Assembly: GCA_041946805.1 (NCBI GenBank)
Contig: JBHGBC010000139.1
Coordinates: 1-16,187, forward strand
From: a bacterium
GTDB taxonomy: Bacteria; Hinthialibacterota; Hinthialibacteria; Hinthialibacterales; Hinthialibacteraceae
Direction: 5' to 3'
Length of the DNA stretch: 16,187 nucleotides
Position numbers and translations under genes: made by a program. Below, piece after piece: positions 7,851 through 15,737 of this stretch. Position 1 is the stretch's first letter, and each line of letters starts with the position of its first letter. The notes beneath the pieces are model-generated. The model saw only the letters and a program-made list of their open reading frames with translations, made no database searches and was not told the origin of the DNA.

Positions 7851-8053
7851 TCCCTCTCCCTCCGGGAGAGGGCCGGGGTGAGGAAAACTTTTACTCAACT
7901 CATCCCACTCACATGTTATTCATATACCCTTGCTCTTCCTCTGCGCCCCTTTCAAGGGACCGCCGGTTCGTCACCTTGAATTCAATCCCGAATCTTTTTC
8001 TCATGACTTTCCTAAACTAGGCCGGGATTTCAATCCTGGGTAATCCGGGTCCC
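7851..8053 (+). repeat. Composite REP/MITE-like element, copy B (34-nt insertion at 7906-7939 relative to copy A)
   Basis: Direct-orientation homologue of 5616-5790, beginning with the palindromic ccctctccctccgggagagggccggggtgagg unit. Confidence 0.8.
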
Positions 8054-8104
8054 AAAACGGCCGCCGCTCCCCATCCATTCTGTCCTTTGGCTTTTTTCCG
8101 TGAA

Positions 8105-8216
8105 ATCCAACCCCCTATCCGTGTCATCCGTGGTTCAATCCCCACTCCTGCAACTCACTCCGCCCCCATCTCCATCCTGGTCATCCCGCGCATCCTGACC
8201 ATCCTGATTCAGACAA
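8105..8216 (+). repeat. ATCC-anchored 9-nt-period short tandem arrays
   Basis: atccgtgtc/atccgtggt at 8117 and 8126; atcctggtc/atcccgcgc/atcctgacc/atcctgatt at 8174, 8183, 8192 and 8201. Confidence 0.65.
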
Positions 8217-8265
8217 ATCTCTTAAACCCTTGTGGAAAAGGCCCCGGGGGTGAGGAGGGGCTCCT

Positions 8266-9447
8266 CTATGGCATGGTGGCCGCCGCCGGCATGGTGGCCG
8301 CCGCCGGTTGCGGCTCGGCGGATAGATCCCCCGCCGTTTCCGCCGGGCTTTCGGGTTGGGATTCCGCCGCGGCGTTTTGCGGCGCCTGCTTGAGCTCGTT
8401 TTTTAATTTCACATGTTCATCGAGAGTGGCGAAGAATTTGGTTTCTCCCGAAGGCAACGAGATGAAATAGAGGTAAGTCGTGTCCGGGGGCATGAAGGCC
8501 GCCTCGAGCGCCGCGCGTCCGGGATTGCATATGGCCGCGGGGGGAAGGCCCTTGTTCTTGTAAGTGTTGTAGGTCGAATCGATCGCCTTGTCTTCCGCGG
8601 TGAGGGGCCGGGACCAGTCGTTGATGAGGTAATGGATGGTGCTGTCCATTTGCAACGGCATCTCTTTCTTGAGCCGGTTCACGATCACGGATGCGACCAG
8701 CGGCCGGTCTTCGGGGCGTTTGGCCTCTTTTTCCACGATGGAGGCCAAGACCGTTACCCGCTGAACCTGCCGTTCCATGACCAGGAGGTCATCCTGCCAC
8801 CACCACGGCGTGCCGCGTTCCTTCTGTTTTTTCATGGCCGTTTCGTACAGCTCATTGATCACGGCGGAAAATTGGCGGGAAAAACGCTCAAAGATTTTGA
8901 CCGGGGGTGTGTTTTTCTGCAGATAATATGTTTCGGGATACAAAGCCCCTTCCGTCCCGGCGTTGGCGCCGCCGGGGGCCTGCGCCACGACAAAGCTGAA
9001 ACTGGGATTCTCACGCGCATATTGCAGGAATTCTTCCTTGGAACAGATTTTCAATTCCTCGCACCGCTGGGCGACTTGGAGCTGGCTGAAACCTTCGGGG
9101 ATGGTCAAGGGGTGAAGATATTTTTGACCCGTGGCCAGCAGGTCCAGGACATCGTACGGGCTTTGCGTGCCCTTGAATTCGTATTCCCCCGCCTGGAGTT
9201 TGCCGGTGAGGCCGCGCAGATCGGCCATGATGAGGAAAAAGCGGATGTTTTTGATGATCCCTTTTTCTTTCAGCAGGTTCGCAATCTGGGTGGCGTTTCT
9301 CCCCTCTTCTATATCGAGCAGGAAACGGTCATTTTCGGTCCCCCAGGGGCTGGTAAAATCGCTGTAGATGGAATAAATCTGCCAACCGGCGGCGGCCACG
9401 AGAAGCACAAGGACGGCTGCGGCACTCCATAGAATTTTCTTTTTCAT
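8266..9447 (-). CDS. mltG: Endolytic transglycosylase MltG (YceG family)
   Basis: N-terminal TM anchor (MKKKILWSAAAVLVLLVAAAGW), LQAGEYEF, LTIPEGFS, EGALYPETY, LASIVEKEA (catalytic Glu), LQMDST, YNTYKNKGLPPAAICNPG, YLYF. ATG at 9447 has GGAG/GGAGG upstream. Confidence 0.95.
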   Translation of the reverse strand: MKKKILWSAAAVLVLLVAAAGWQIYSIYSDFTSPWGTENDRFLLDIEEGRNATQIANLLKEKGIIKNIRFFLIMADLRGLTGKLQAGEYEFKGTQSPYDVLDLLATGQKYLHPLTIPEGFSQLQVAQRCEELKICSKEEFLQYARENPSFSFVVAQAPGGANAGTEGALYPETYYLQKNTPPVKIFERFSRQFSAVINELYETAMKKQKERGTPWWWQDDLLVMERQVQRVTVLASIVEKEAKRPEDRPLVASVIVNRLKKEMPLQMDSTIHYLINDWSRPLTAEDKAIDSTYNTYKNKGLPPAAICNPGRAALEAAFMPPDTTYLYFISLPSGETKFFATLDEHVKLKNELKQAPQNAAAESQPESPAETAGDLSAEPQPAAATMPAAATMP

Positions 9448-9564
9448 GATTGCTCCGATTCCTCCTCCAGCACTTGCGGATCCATGCCCGCATGGAACGG
9501 AAACCAAGTTTTAGCAAGATTTTAGCCCGGGGCTGGGCGGGCCGCCACCCGGTGATTATGATAA

Positions 9565-9573
9565 ATTCTACCA
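9565..9573 (-). promoter_or_regulatory. Candidate extended -10 promoter (TGgTAGAAT) for mltG
   Basis: Minus strand reads atttaTGgTAGAATttatcataat, in an AT-rich patch ~120 nt upstream of the mltG start. Confidence 0.4.
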
Positions 9574-9626
9574 TAAATCGGTTTTGGCTCAGAAGACATC
9601 CCGCCGAGAGGGAGGAGAAAGAGTTT

Positions 9627-9674
9627 GCCGCAGATTAAAATCTGTGGCTGCGCAAGAGAATCCCCTTCGGGGAT
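9627..9674 (-). repeat. Two-hairpin REP-like unit (same architecture as 7782-7827, opposite orientation)
   Basis: Minus strand: aatccc-gaag-gggatt, a 9-nt spacer, then AGC and cacagatt-tt-aatctgcg. Confidence 0.55.
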
Positions 9675-9775
9675 TAGACGGCGGAATATCAGTATAGAAG
9701 TGGCTTCCGCGTTGATCAATCAGCCTTACTAATACCACCTCCTCAATTCCTCTCCCGGACATCGGGGGAAAAATT

Positions 9776-9811
9776 GAAGGACGAAAATGACATGAAGGAC
9801 CTAGAGGATAG
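9776..9811 (+). repeat. 9-nt-period short tandem array
   Basis: gaaggacga/aaatgacat/gaaggacct/agaggatag, with GAC or GAT at 9780, 9789, 9798 and 9807. Confidence 0.55.
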
Positions 9812-9859
9812 GCAGGCTGGGAGCCGGCGCTATCAATAATTCGAGGAAAGAGAAAAACG

Positions 9860-11227
9860 ATGGATCCAATGAAGCAATATGTTCAAGATCACCGGGACCG
9901 GTTTGTGAAGGAGTTGATCGAGTTCCTGCGCATTCCCAGCGTCAGCGCCAAACGCGGGCGGCGGGAGGCCTGCCGCCAAGCGGCGGAATTTTTGCGCCGG
10001 GAACTGACCCGGCTGGGATTTGCCACGGTCGTTCATGAAACTCCCGGCAATCCCATCCTGACCGCGTCCCGGACCGACGATCCGGCCCAGCCCACGGTGT
10101 TGATTTACGGCCATTACGACGTGCAGCCGGAAGAACCGCTCGACCACTGGACCTCGCCGCCGTTCGAGCCTCGGATCGCGGACGGGAACCTGTACGCCCG
10201 GGGGGCCTCGGATGACAAGGGCCAGGTCTACGCTCACCTCAAGGCGGTGGAAACACTGCTCCAGACCGGGGGAAAACTGCCGGTCAACGTGACTTTTTTG
10301 ATCGAAGGGGAAGAGGAAATCGCCAGCACGCATCTAGACGCTTTCATCGAATCACACCGCGAACGGCTACGGGGTGATGTGGCGGTGATCAGCGATTCGA
10401 GCCAATACGGGCCGGGCATCCCCGCCATTTGTTATGGTTTGCGGGGTATCTGCGCGGATGAGATCCGGGTGGAGGGCGCGAAGCGGGATTTGCATTCCGG
10501 TTCGTACGGAGGAGCGGTTCCCAATCCCGGCAACGTGCTCTGTGAAATCGTCGCGAAATTGAAGGATGAAATGGGGAAGATACAAATTCCCGGCTTTTAT
10601 GACGACGTGCTGGATTTAGATGCCTGGGAACGGGAAGCCTTCGCATCCCTGGCCGGGGACGACGAAGCCTTCCGGCGGGAGTTGGGTGTGGCCGGATTGC
10701 ATGGAGAAGAGGGCTACACAACCCTGGAGAGAAAATGGGCGCGGCCCACCTTGGACGTAAACGGGATTTTCGGCGGATACAGCGGCGAAGGGGCGAAAAC
10801 CATCATACCCGCTTGGGCGGGAGCCAAGATCACCATGCGGTTGGTGCCCAATCAGCAGCCGGACAAGATCCGGCGGTTGTTCCGGGAGTACGTGAAAGGC
10901 ATCGCGCCGGCCTATGTCACCATTTCGTTTATAGATCATTCGGGCGGCGGGCCGGTGCGGATTCCCCGGGACGCGCCGTTCATGAACGAAGCGGCGCAGG
11001 CGCTGGAGTACGGATTCGGGCAAAAGCCGGTGTTCATCCGGGAGGGAGGGTCTATCCCCGTGGTGTTGACGCTGGAGAAAAAATTAGGCCTGAAAACGCT
11101 GTTGCTCGGTTTCGGGCTGCCGGATGACAACGCGCACGCGCCGGACGAGAAATTTTCCCTGGCGGATTTCGAACGGGGGATTTTGACCTCCGCCCGGTTT
11201 ATGCAACTGAGCGCGAAGAAACCGTGA
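9860..11227 (+). CDS. M20-family metallo-dipeptidase (CNDP/DUG1-like, ArgE/DapE superfamily)
   Basis: LRIPSVS, YGHYDVQP, RGASDDKGQ, EGEEE, VISD, DLHSGSYGG, RPTLDVNGI, KTIIP, MRLVP, GGSIP, NAHAPDE; GAGG upstream. Confidence 0.92.
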   Translation: MDPMKQYVQDHRDRFVKELIEFLRIPSVSAKRGRREACRQAAEFLRRELTRLGFATVVHETPGNPILTASRTDDPAQPTVLIYGHYDVQPEEPLDHWTSPPFEPRIADGNLYARGASDDKGQVYAHLKAVETLLQTGGKLPVNVTFLIEGEEEIASTHLDAFIESHRERLRGDVAVISDSSQYGPGIPAICYGLRGICADEIRVEGAKRDLHSGSYGGAVPNPGNVLCEIVAKLKDEMGKIQIPGFYDDVLDLDAWEREAFASLAGDDEAFRRELGVAGLHGEEGYTTLERKWARPTLDVNGIFGGYSGEGAKTIIPAWAGAKITMRLVPNQQPDKIRRLFREYVKGIAPAYVTISFIDHSGGGPVRIPRDAPFMNEAAQALEYGFGQKPVFIREGGSIPVVLTLEKKLGLKTLLLGFGLPDDNAHAPDEKFSLADFERGILTSARFMQLSAKKP

Positions 11228-11351
11228 GGAACGTGTGATCCGTTTGAGTCCTGGGATAAAATCCCGGGTGGATGGCAGGAAGGTTTCGGCTATGGGGGCA
11301 GGCTCCGCGGCGCTTCGAGCCCATCCCATCAAATTAAAGGACATCAAGGCT

Positions 11352-12566
11352 ATGAACACAAATCATCCCATCAACCGGCGGTCGTTTTTGGGAAGCAGTG
11401 TGATGGCGGGCGCGGCTGCGGGTATCGCCGCGAATACGGGGATCGCGTCCGCGGGCGAGCCGGGAGTGAAAACGCCCGGCGTTCCCTTGCGGGAGAAATT
11501 CTTTGGCTGCATCGCGGGATGCCATATCGGCTCGTCGATGGGCGCGGCGGTGGAGGGATGGCCATGGAGCCGGATCGAAGAGAAATACGGCGCCTTGGAC
11601 CAACTGCTGCCCTATCATCATTACCAGAATTTGAACAACTGGGTGCGGGAACCGGGGACCACGGAAGACGGCGTCGAGCGGCAGAAGCTCATGATCACCG
11701 CCATCATCGAAAAGGGGGACCGGGTGACAGCCGAGGATGTCCGGCGGATCTGGGTGCGGGACATCAAACCGGAATCGATCGGGTATGTTTCGGAACCGTT
11801 CGAGGCGGAACTGCTGGCCATGGCGAAATCGCCAATCCCCGCGGGGGACATCGGGCGGTATTGCGATTACGCGGGCCTGGTGTCGATGGCGCGGTCGTGC
11901 CACCCACTCGGATTGATCAACGCGGGAGACGTGGAAAACGCCATCGCGGATGTGTATGAGGTGGGCCGGCTTTATCAAAGCGCCAACAGCCGGGGCCTCC
12001 AATGGGCGGCGGTCACGGCGGCGGCCATCGCGGCGGCCACGAAACCGGAAGCCACCGTGGACAGCGTGACCGGCGCGATCCTGGACCAGTGCCATCCGCC
12101 CCGGAATTGGCATGTGAAAGACGCGGGCGTGGCGGCCGAGATCGAGCGGGCGCTGAAAGCCACGGAAAAGTGCGCCGATTTCCGGGAGCTGCGCGTAGCC
12201 TTCGATGCCTTGTACGGCGGCTTCGGCATCGCATACGCTCAGAGTTACGCGAACGAGGTGGTCAGCAAGGCGGTGTGCGTGTTCCGGATGGTGAAAGGCG
12301 TCACCCTGGACGCCATCATCGCCAGTGTGAACATGGGGCGGGACACGGATTGCCTGGCCTCGGTGGCGGCGGGCATTTCGGGGGCGCTGTCCGGGAGCGG
12401 ATCGATCCGCGGCGAGTGGATTCAGCAAGTGGATTCCGCCACCCGCCTGAACCGGTACACGAACTCCCAGCGGACCCTGCGGGAAACCGCGGACGGCTTG
12501 TACGGGGCGTTTCAAGCGAAACTGGCGCGGATGAAAGCCTATTCCGGAGAAATGGAAACTGCATGA
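11352..12566 (+). CDS. ADP-ribosylglycohydrolase (ARH/DraG-fold) family protein with twin-arginine signal peptide
   Basis: NRRSFLG Tat motif, an Ala/Gly-rich h-region and an ASA cleavage-like site; FFGCIAGCHIGSSMGAAVEG, PGTTEDG and VNMGRDTDCLASVAAGISGALSG...I..EW are ARH-like. ATG at 11352 follows AAAGGA. Confidence 0.8.
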   Translation: MNTNHPINRRSFLGSSVMAGAAAGIAANTGIASAGEPGVKTPGVPLREKFFGCIAGCHIGSSMGAAVEGWPWSRIEEKYGALDQLLPYHHYQNLNNWVREPGTTEDGVERQKLMITAIIEKGDRVTAEDVRRIWVRDIKPESIGYVSEPFEAELLAMAKSPIPAGDIGRYCDYAGLVSMARSCHPLGLINAGDVENAIADVYEVGRLYQSANSRGLQWAAVTAAAIAAATKPEATVDSVTGAILDQCHPPRNWHVKDAGVAAEIERALKATEKCADFRELRVAFDALYGGFGIAYAQSYANEVVSKAVCVFRMVKGVTLDAIIASVNMGRDTDCLASVAAGISGALSGSGSIRGEWIQQVDSATRLNRYTNSQRTLRETADGLYGAFQAKLARMKAYSGEMETA

Positions 12567-12611
12567 TTCCGGACGCCGGGATGATTCTTCCCTCCTGGGA
12601 ACGCATCCGCC

Positions 12612-13079
12612 TCATCCCATGATGGGCAGATACAGATCGAGCATCATCTCCTCTTCGGATGCGTCGGGATTGTGGATTTTCTCCAATTCATGCGTGCGCC
12701 GCCAGGACTGACCGCTATCCGGCGAGAGCACCCACCGCCAGAGCGCGATCCAGGATTCCGTCACGGCGGCGAGCGGCACGCCAGCGGTAACGGCGTAGAG
12801 CCCGCCCGGGAAATGCTTGATGACATTCCCTTCTTCCAAAGGCGTTTCCGGATCGATCACGATCCAAAATTCGTATCCGTATTCCCTCCGTTCGGATGAG
12901 GGCGCGGGATCGTTGAATCCAAAAACAGGATGACTCTCCGGATTATCGAGGAAGCCCTGCGGTTCCGCCCATGCCCGCAATTTTTCCCACGCCTCTTTTT
13001 CAGGGGTTTCACTCAGCGCCCGGAAACACGCCACCAGCATGGGAGGCAGCCGGACGATTTGCACCTCGATGTCCACCAT
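12612..13079 (-). CDS. GyrI-like / AraC effector-binding domain protein (stand-alone)
   Basis: VQIVRLPPMLVA, PEKEAWEKLRAWA, FGFNDP, YGYEFWI, FPGGLYAVT, W..LWRWV, ELE, LDLYLPI; AAGGAG SD upstream of ATG 13079. Confidence 0.85.
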   Translation of the reverse strand: MVDIEVQIVRLPPMLVACFRALSETPEKEAWEKLRAWAEPQGFLDNPESHPVFGFNDPAPSSERREYGYEFWIVIDPETPLEEGNVIKHFPGGLYAVTAGVPLAAVTESWIALWRWVLSPDSGQSWRRTHELEKIHNPDASEEEMMLDLYLPIMG

Positions 13080-13196
13080 GACGGTACTCCTTTCGCGAGA
13101 AGCGGTTTTTGGGAATGCGGCGTGGATGGATCCCGCGGTGACGCGCGAAACCATCCTGCCTCAGCGCCGGTTTTTCTCCCCCGGTCCTCCATGGAT

Positions 13197-13223
13197 GTCA
13201 TCCCCGCGAAAGCGGGATTCCCA
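13197..13223. repeat. Short palindromic repeat GTCATCCCCGC-GAAA-GCGGGATTCCCA (RPE/dRS3-like class); may act as a terminator-like hairpin
   Basis: cccgc-GAAA-gcggg stem within a motif resembling the widespread GTCATTCCCGCGAAAGCGGGAATCC repeat; intergenic. Confidence 0.6.
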
Positions 13224-13255
13224 GGCTCGTATAGCCCGTGACAATGTGCCCTCGT

Positions 13256-13732
13256 TTACGGGATCGCGCTGCCCAACCGCTTGAGAGACTGGACAAAGTC
13301 GATGGCGGCGGTGTGGATCAGATCATCCCGGATATGTTCGTACTCATCCCATCGTGGCCGGATGACGCGATGAAAAGTCTTGAGCAATTGCGCGGTGACA
13401 TCCTCGCAGTGGCGGCGGAGGATGGCCTCGACACGGAGGTGGTATTGTTCCCCGTAGATCCTTTTTTGCTCGGATCCACCTCCAAACAAGGCCTGGTGAA
13501 ACCGGTCCCAGCTTTCCGGAAAATCACTCAGCAGGCGGAGGATTTTGATCTTGGTGATCCGGTCGCGTTGCAAGGGAGCCCCGTCGATCAGGAAAGGTTC
13601 GTTTTTTTCGAAAGGAAAGACGATGTCGTCGATCAGCCGGGCGAAGGGGAGATGGGTCATGATGAGGGGCCGCCAATACTCCTTGGCCTCGGCGTAGATG
13701 GCAAACTTTTGGATTTCCTTCTGGCTGGGCAT
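13256..13732 (-). CDS. Hypothetical protein (158 aa)
   Basis: Protein-like composition, GGGGAG SD upstream of ATG 13732, co-directional with the GyrI-like gene. Confidence 0.7.
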   Translation of the reverse strand: MPSQKEIQKFAIYAEAKEYWRPLIMTHLPFARLIDDIVFPFEKNEPFLIDGAPLQRDRITKIKILRLLSDFPESWDRFHQALFGGGSEQKRIYGEQYHLRVEAILRRHCEDVTAQLLKTFHRVIRPRWDEYEHIRDDLIHTAAIDFVQSLKRLGSAIP

Positions 13733-13829
13733 GGCCGGATCTCCCTGGGGAATCATTTTTCATCAAATTCGGGAAAAGTCAAAGGCAGGTGGAACAAAAT
13801 CCACGCTCTCATGCGATTCGGCCGTCTTG

Positions 13830-13838
13830 TGATACAAT
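13830..13838 (+). promoter_or_regulatory. Candidate extended -10 promoter (TGaTACAAT) for tamAB
   Basis: TG-n-TACAAT ~75 nt upstream of tamA, followed by the imperfect hairpin cccaggttc-tt-gaatcctggg (13840-13860). Confidence 0.45.
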
Positions 13839-13913
13839 GCCCAGGTTCTTGAATCCTGGGTTGAATGAGTCCACAAACCGGTTTGATATTTCCCGAAATG
13901 AAATCCGTGCAAC

Positions 13914-15734
13914 ATGACGCTTTGGTTCAAAATACTGTACACGATGGCGGGTATTGTCCGTTTTCCGGCGGCCGCATGGCTTCTGTCCGGCCTTCTGGGT
14001 GTCACCGCGCTTTTCGCCGCCGCGGGCGAAATCGCCATCCCCTACCAGGTTAAAATCGAGGGTATCAATGAAAAAGATGTGCTCGATCAACTTCGGCAAT
14101 TTTGTCGGACCCTGACGCTGCGGGACCGTCCGGCCGCCACGCTGGGACTGTTGGAGCGCCGGGCGGAGCGGGACCTCGAGCCTTTTTTGAATATTCTGAA
14201 ATCGCACGGCTACTTGTCGGCCTCAACCGAATACCGGGTGGATCCGGATACTCAGCCGGTGACGGTGGTTTTTCAGATCACTCCCGGCCCCGTGTACCGG
14301 CTGAAGTCCGTGATCGTGGAAGCGGCGGGTGAAACCGAAATCAGCCTCCCGGTCCCCGATCCCCAGACCTTGGATCTGGAAACCGGCGCGCGGATCGAGG
14401 CCCGCAAGATCGCCGCCGCGCAGGCGAAGATCCTGCGCCATCTGCAACGGCACGCGTATCCCCTGGCCCGCGTCACGGAGCGTGTATTCCACCCCGATCA
14501 CGCCGCCGCCACCGTGGACTTGGTATTCCGGATCGATCCCGGCCCTCCGGCCGTCTTCGGCGAAACCACGTTCGAGGGTCTGGAGACGGTGGAGGAATCC
14601 TTCGCCCGCAACCGGCTGCGCTGGAAGCCGGGGGAGCCGTTCGATATCCGCCTGGTGGAAGAAACGCAGAAACGCCTGTTCAAAACCAACCTCTTTTCTT
14701 TCGCCCAGATCCATTCCGCCACGGACGTGACTCCGGATGGCGCGCTGCCCATGGCGGTCACGCTATCCGAACGCAAGCCGCGTTCGGTGGCCGCCGGCGC
14801 GAACTACAAAACCGATTATGGACCGGGCGGCAAACTGGGATGGGAGCAACGCAATCTTTGGGGAGGCGGGGAAAGCCTCTCCACGGAGGCATCGTTCTCC
14901 GGGATTGAATATTCCGGCCATGCGGTGTTCCGCCAACCCGACTTTCTGGATCCGGACCAATCGTTGATTCTTGGATTCGGAGCCGCCTACGACAATCCCG
15001 ATCCCTACATCAGCCGGAACCAGACCACGTCGGTCATGATCGAACGCCTCATCCAGGAAGAAATGATGGTCCGGGGCGGGCTGTCGTACCGGCTGGCGCA
15101 AATCAGCCAGCTGGGAGAGGACAACTCGTTCGGATTGCTCTCATTTCCGGCCGAATTCGAATGGAATCCGGTCGACGATCTCCTCAATCCCACGCGGGGC
15201 GTCCGGTTGAAAGCGCAAGCCGAACCGTTCTACGACACGTGGGGCTCGAACCTCGCCTTCTTGAAGAGTTACGCGAAATACAGCCATTATTTCTCCCTGA
15301 CGGAAGACGGAGACTGGGTGCTGGCGGGTCAGATCGGGCTGGGTTCGATTACCGGCGCGCCCCTGCTTTCGTTACCGGCCGATGAGCGCTTTTACGGAGG
15401 CGGCGGAGGCTCGATCCGCGGCTATCCCTATCAATCGGTCAGCCCGTTGATCGGAAACAGCCCCATCGGCGGGCGTTCGATCATCGAACTCTCTTTCGAA
15501 CTGCGCGCGCGGATCACGGAAAACATCGGTGGAGTGGCGTTCCTCGACGGAGGCAGCGCGTTCGAACCGCAAATCCCGGATTTCAGCCAATCCCTGCTCT
15601 GGGGCGCGGGCGTGGGACTGCGGTATTACACGCCGATCGGCCCCGTGCGGCTGGACGTGGGCTTTCCCCTGAACCGGCGGGATGGCATCGACGACGCGTT
15701 TCAGATTTACGTCAGCGTCGGCCAGGCGTTTTGA
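13914..15734 (+). CDS. tamA: Translocation and assembly module outer-membrane subunit TamA (Omp85 family)
   Basis: Signal-peptide-like N-terminus, POTRA-like repeats (LKSHGY, LQRHAYPLA, LFKTNLFS), ERFYGGGGGSIRGY lid loop, YYTPIGPVRLD and C-terminal QIYVSVGQAF; 606 aa and followed by a tamB-like gene. The start may be 13944. Confidence 0.88.
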   Translation: MTLWFKILYTMAGIVRFPAAAWLLSGLLGVTALFAAAGEIAIPYQVKIEGINEKDVLDQLRQFCRTLTLRDRPAATLGLLERRAERDLEPFLNILKSHGYLSASTEYRVDPDTQPVTVVFQITPGPVYRLKSVIVEAAGETEISLPVPDPQTLDLETGARIEARKIAAAQAKILRHLQRHAYPLARVTERVFHPDHAAATVDLVFRIDPGPPAVFGETTFEGLETVEESFARNRLRWKPGEPFDIRLVEETQKRLFKTNLFSFAQIHSATDVTPDGALPMAVTLSERKPRSVAAGANYKTDYGPGGKLGWEQRNLWGGGESLSTEASFSGIEYSGHAVFRQPDFLDPDQSLILGFGAAYDNPDPYISRNQTTSVMIERLIQEEMMVRGGLSYRLAQISQLGEDNSFGLLSFPAEFEWNPVDDLLNPTRGVRLKAQAEPFYDTWGSNLAFLKSYAKYSHYFSLTEDGDWVLAGQIGLGSITGAPLLSLPADERFYGGGGGSIRGYPYQSVSPLIGNSPIGGRSIIELSFELRARITENIGGVAFLDGGSAFEPQIPDFSQSLLWGAGVGLRYYTPIGPVRLDVGFPLNRRDGIDDAFQIYVSVGQAF

Positions 15735-15737
15735 ATC

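Noticed and set aside
7482..7898. ORFs 7482-7898 (-) and 5438-5665 (-) with similar N-termini (MSKSFPHP / MSKVFPRP), and 8087-8470 (+)
   Set aside because: The similarity comes from translating the non-coding repeat copies; frames diverge and the starts are TTG without SD.
5616..8216. CRISPR array interpretation of the repeats
   Set aside because: There are only two long diverged copies 2.2 kb apart plus 9-nt-period arrays, with no identical 25-45 nt repeats separated by regular spacers and no cas genes.
8231..8239. DnaA-box match (TTTTCCACA on the minus strand), suggesting oriC
   Set aside because: Single box inside a degenerate repeat, with no box cluster or unwinding element seen.
8413..12515. 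Long antisense ORFs 8413-9432 (+) and 11334-12515 (-); likewise 511-1539 (-) and 13238-13852 (+)
   Set aside because: They overlap better-supported genes on the opposite strand and have shadow-like composition.
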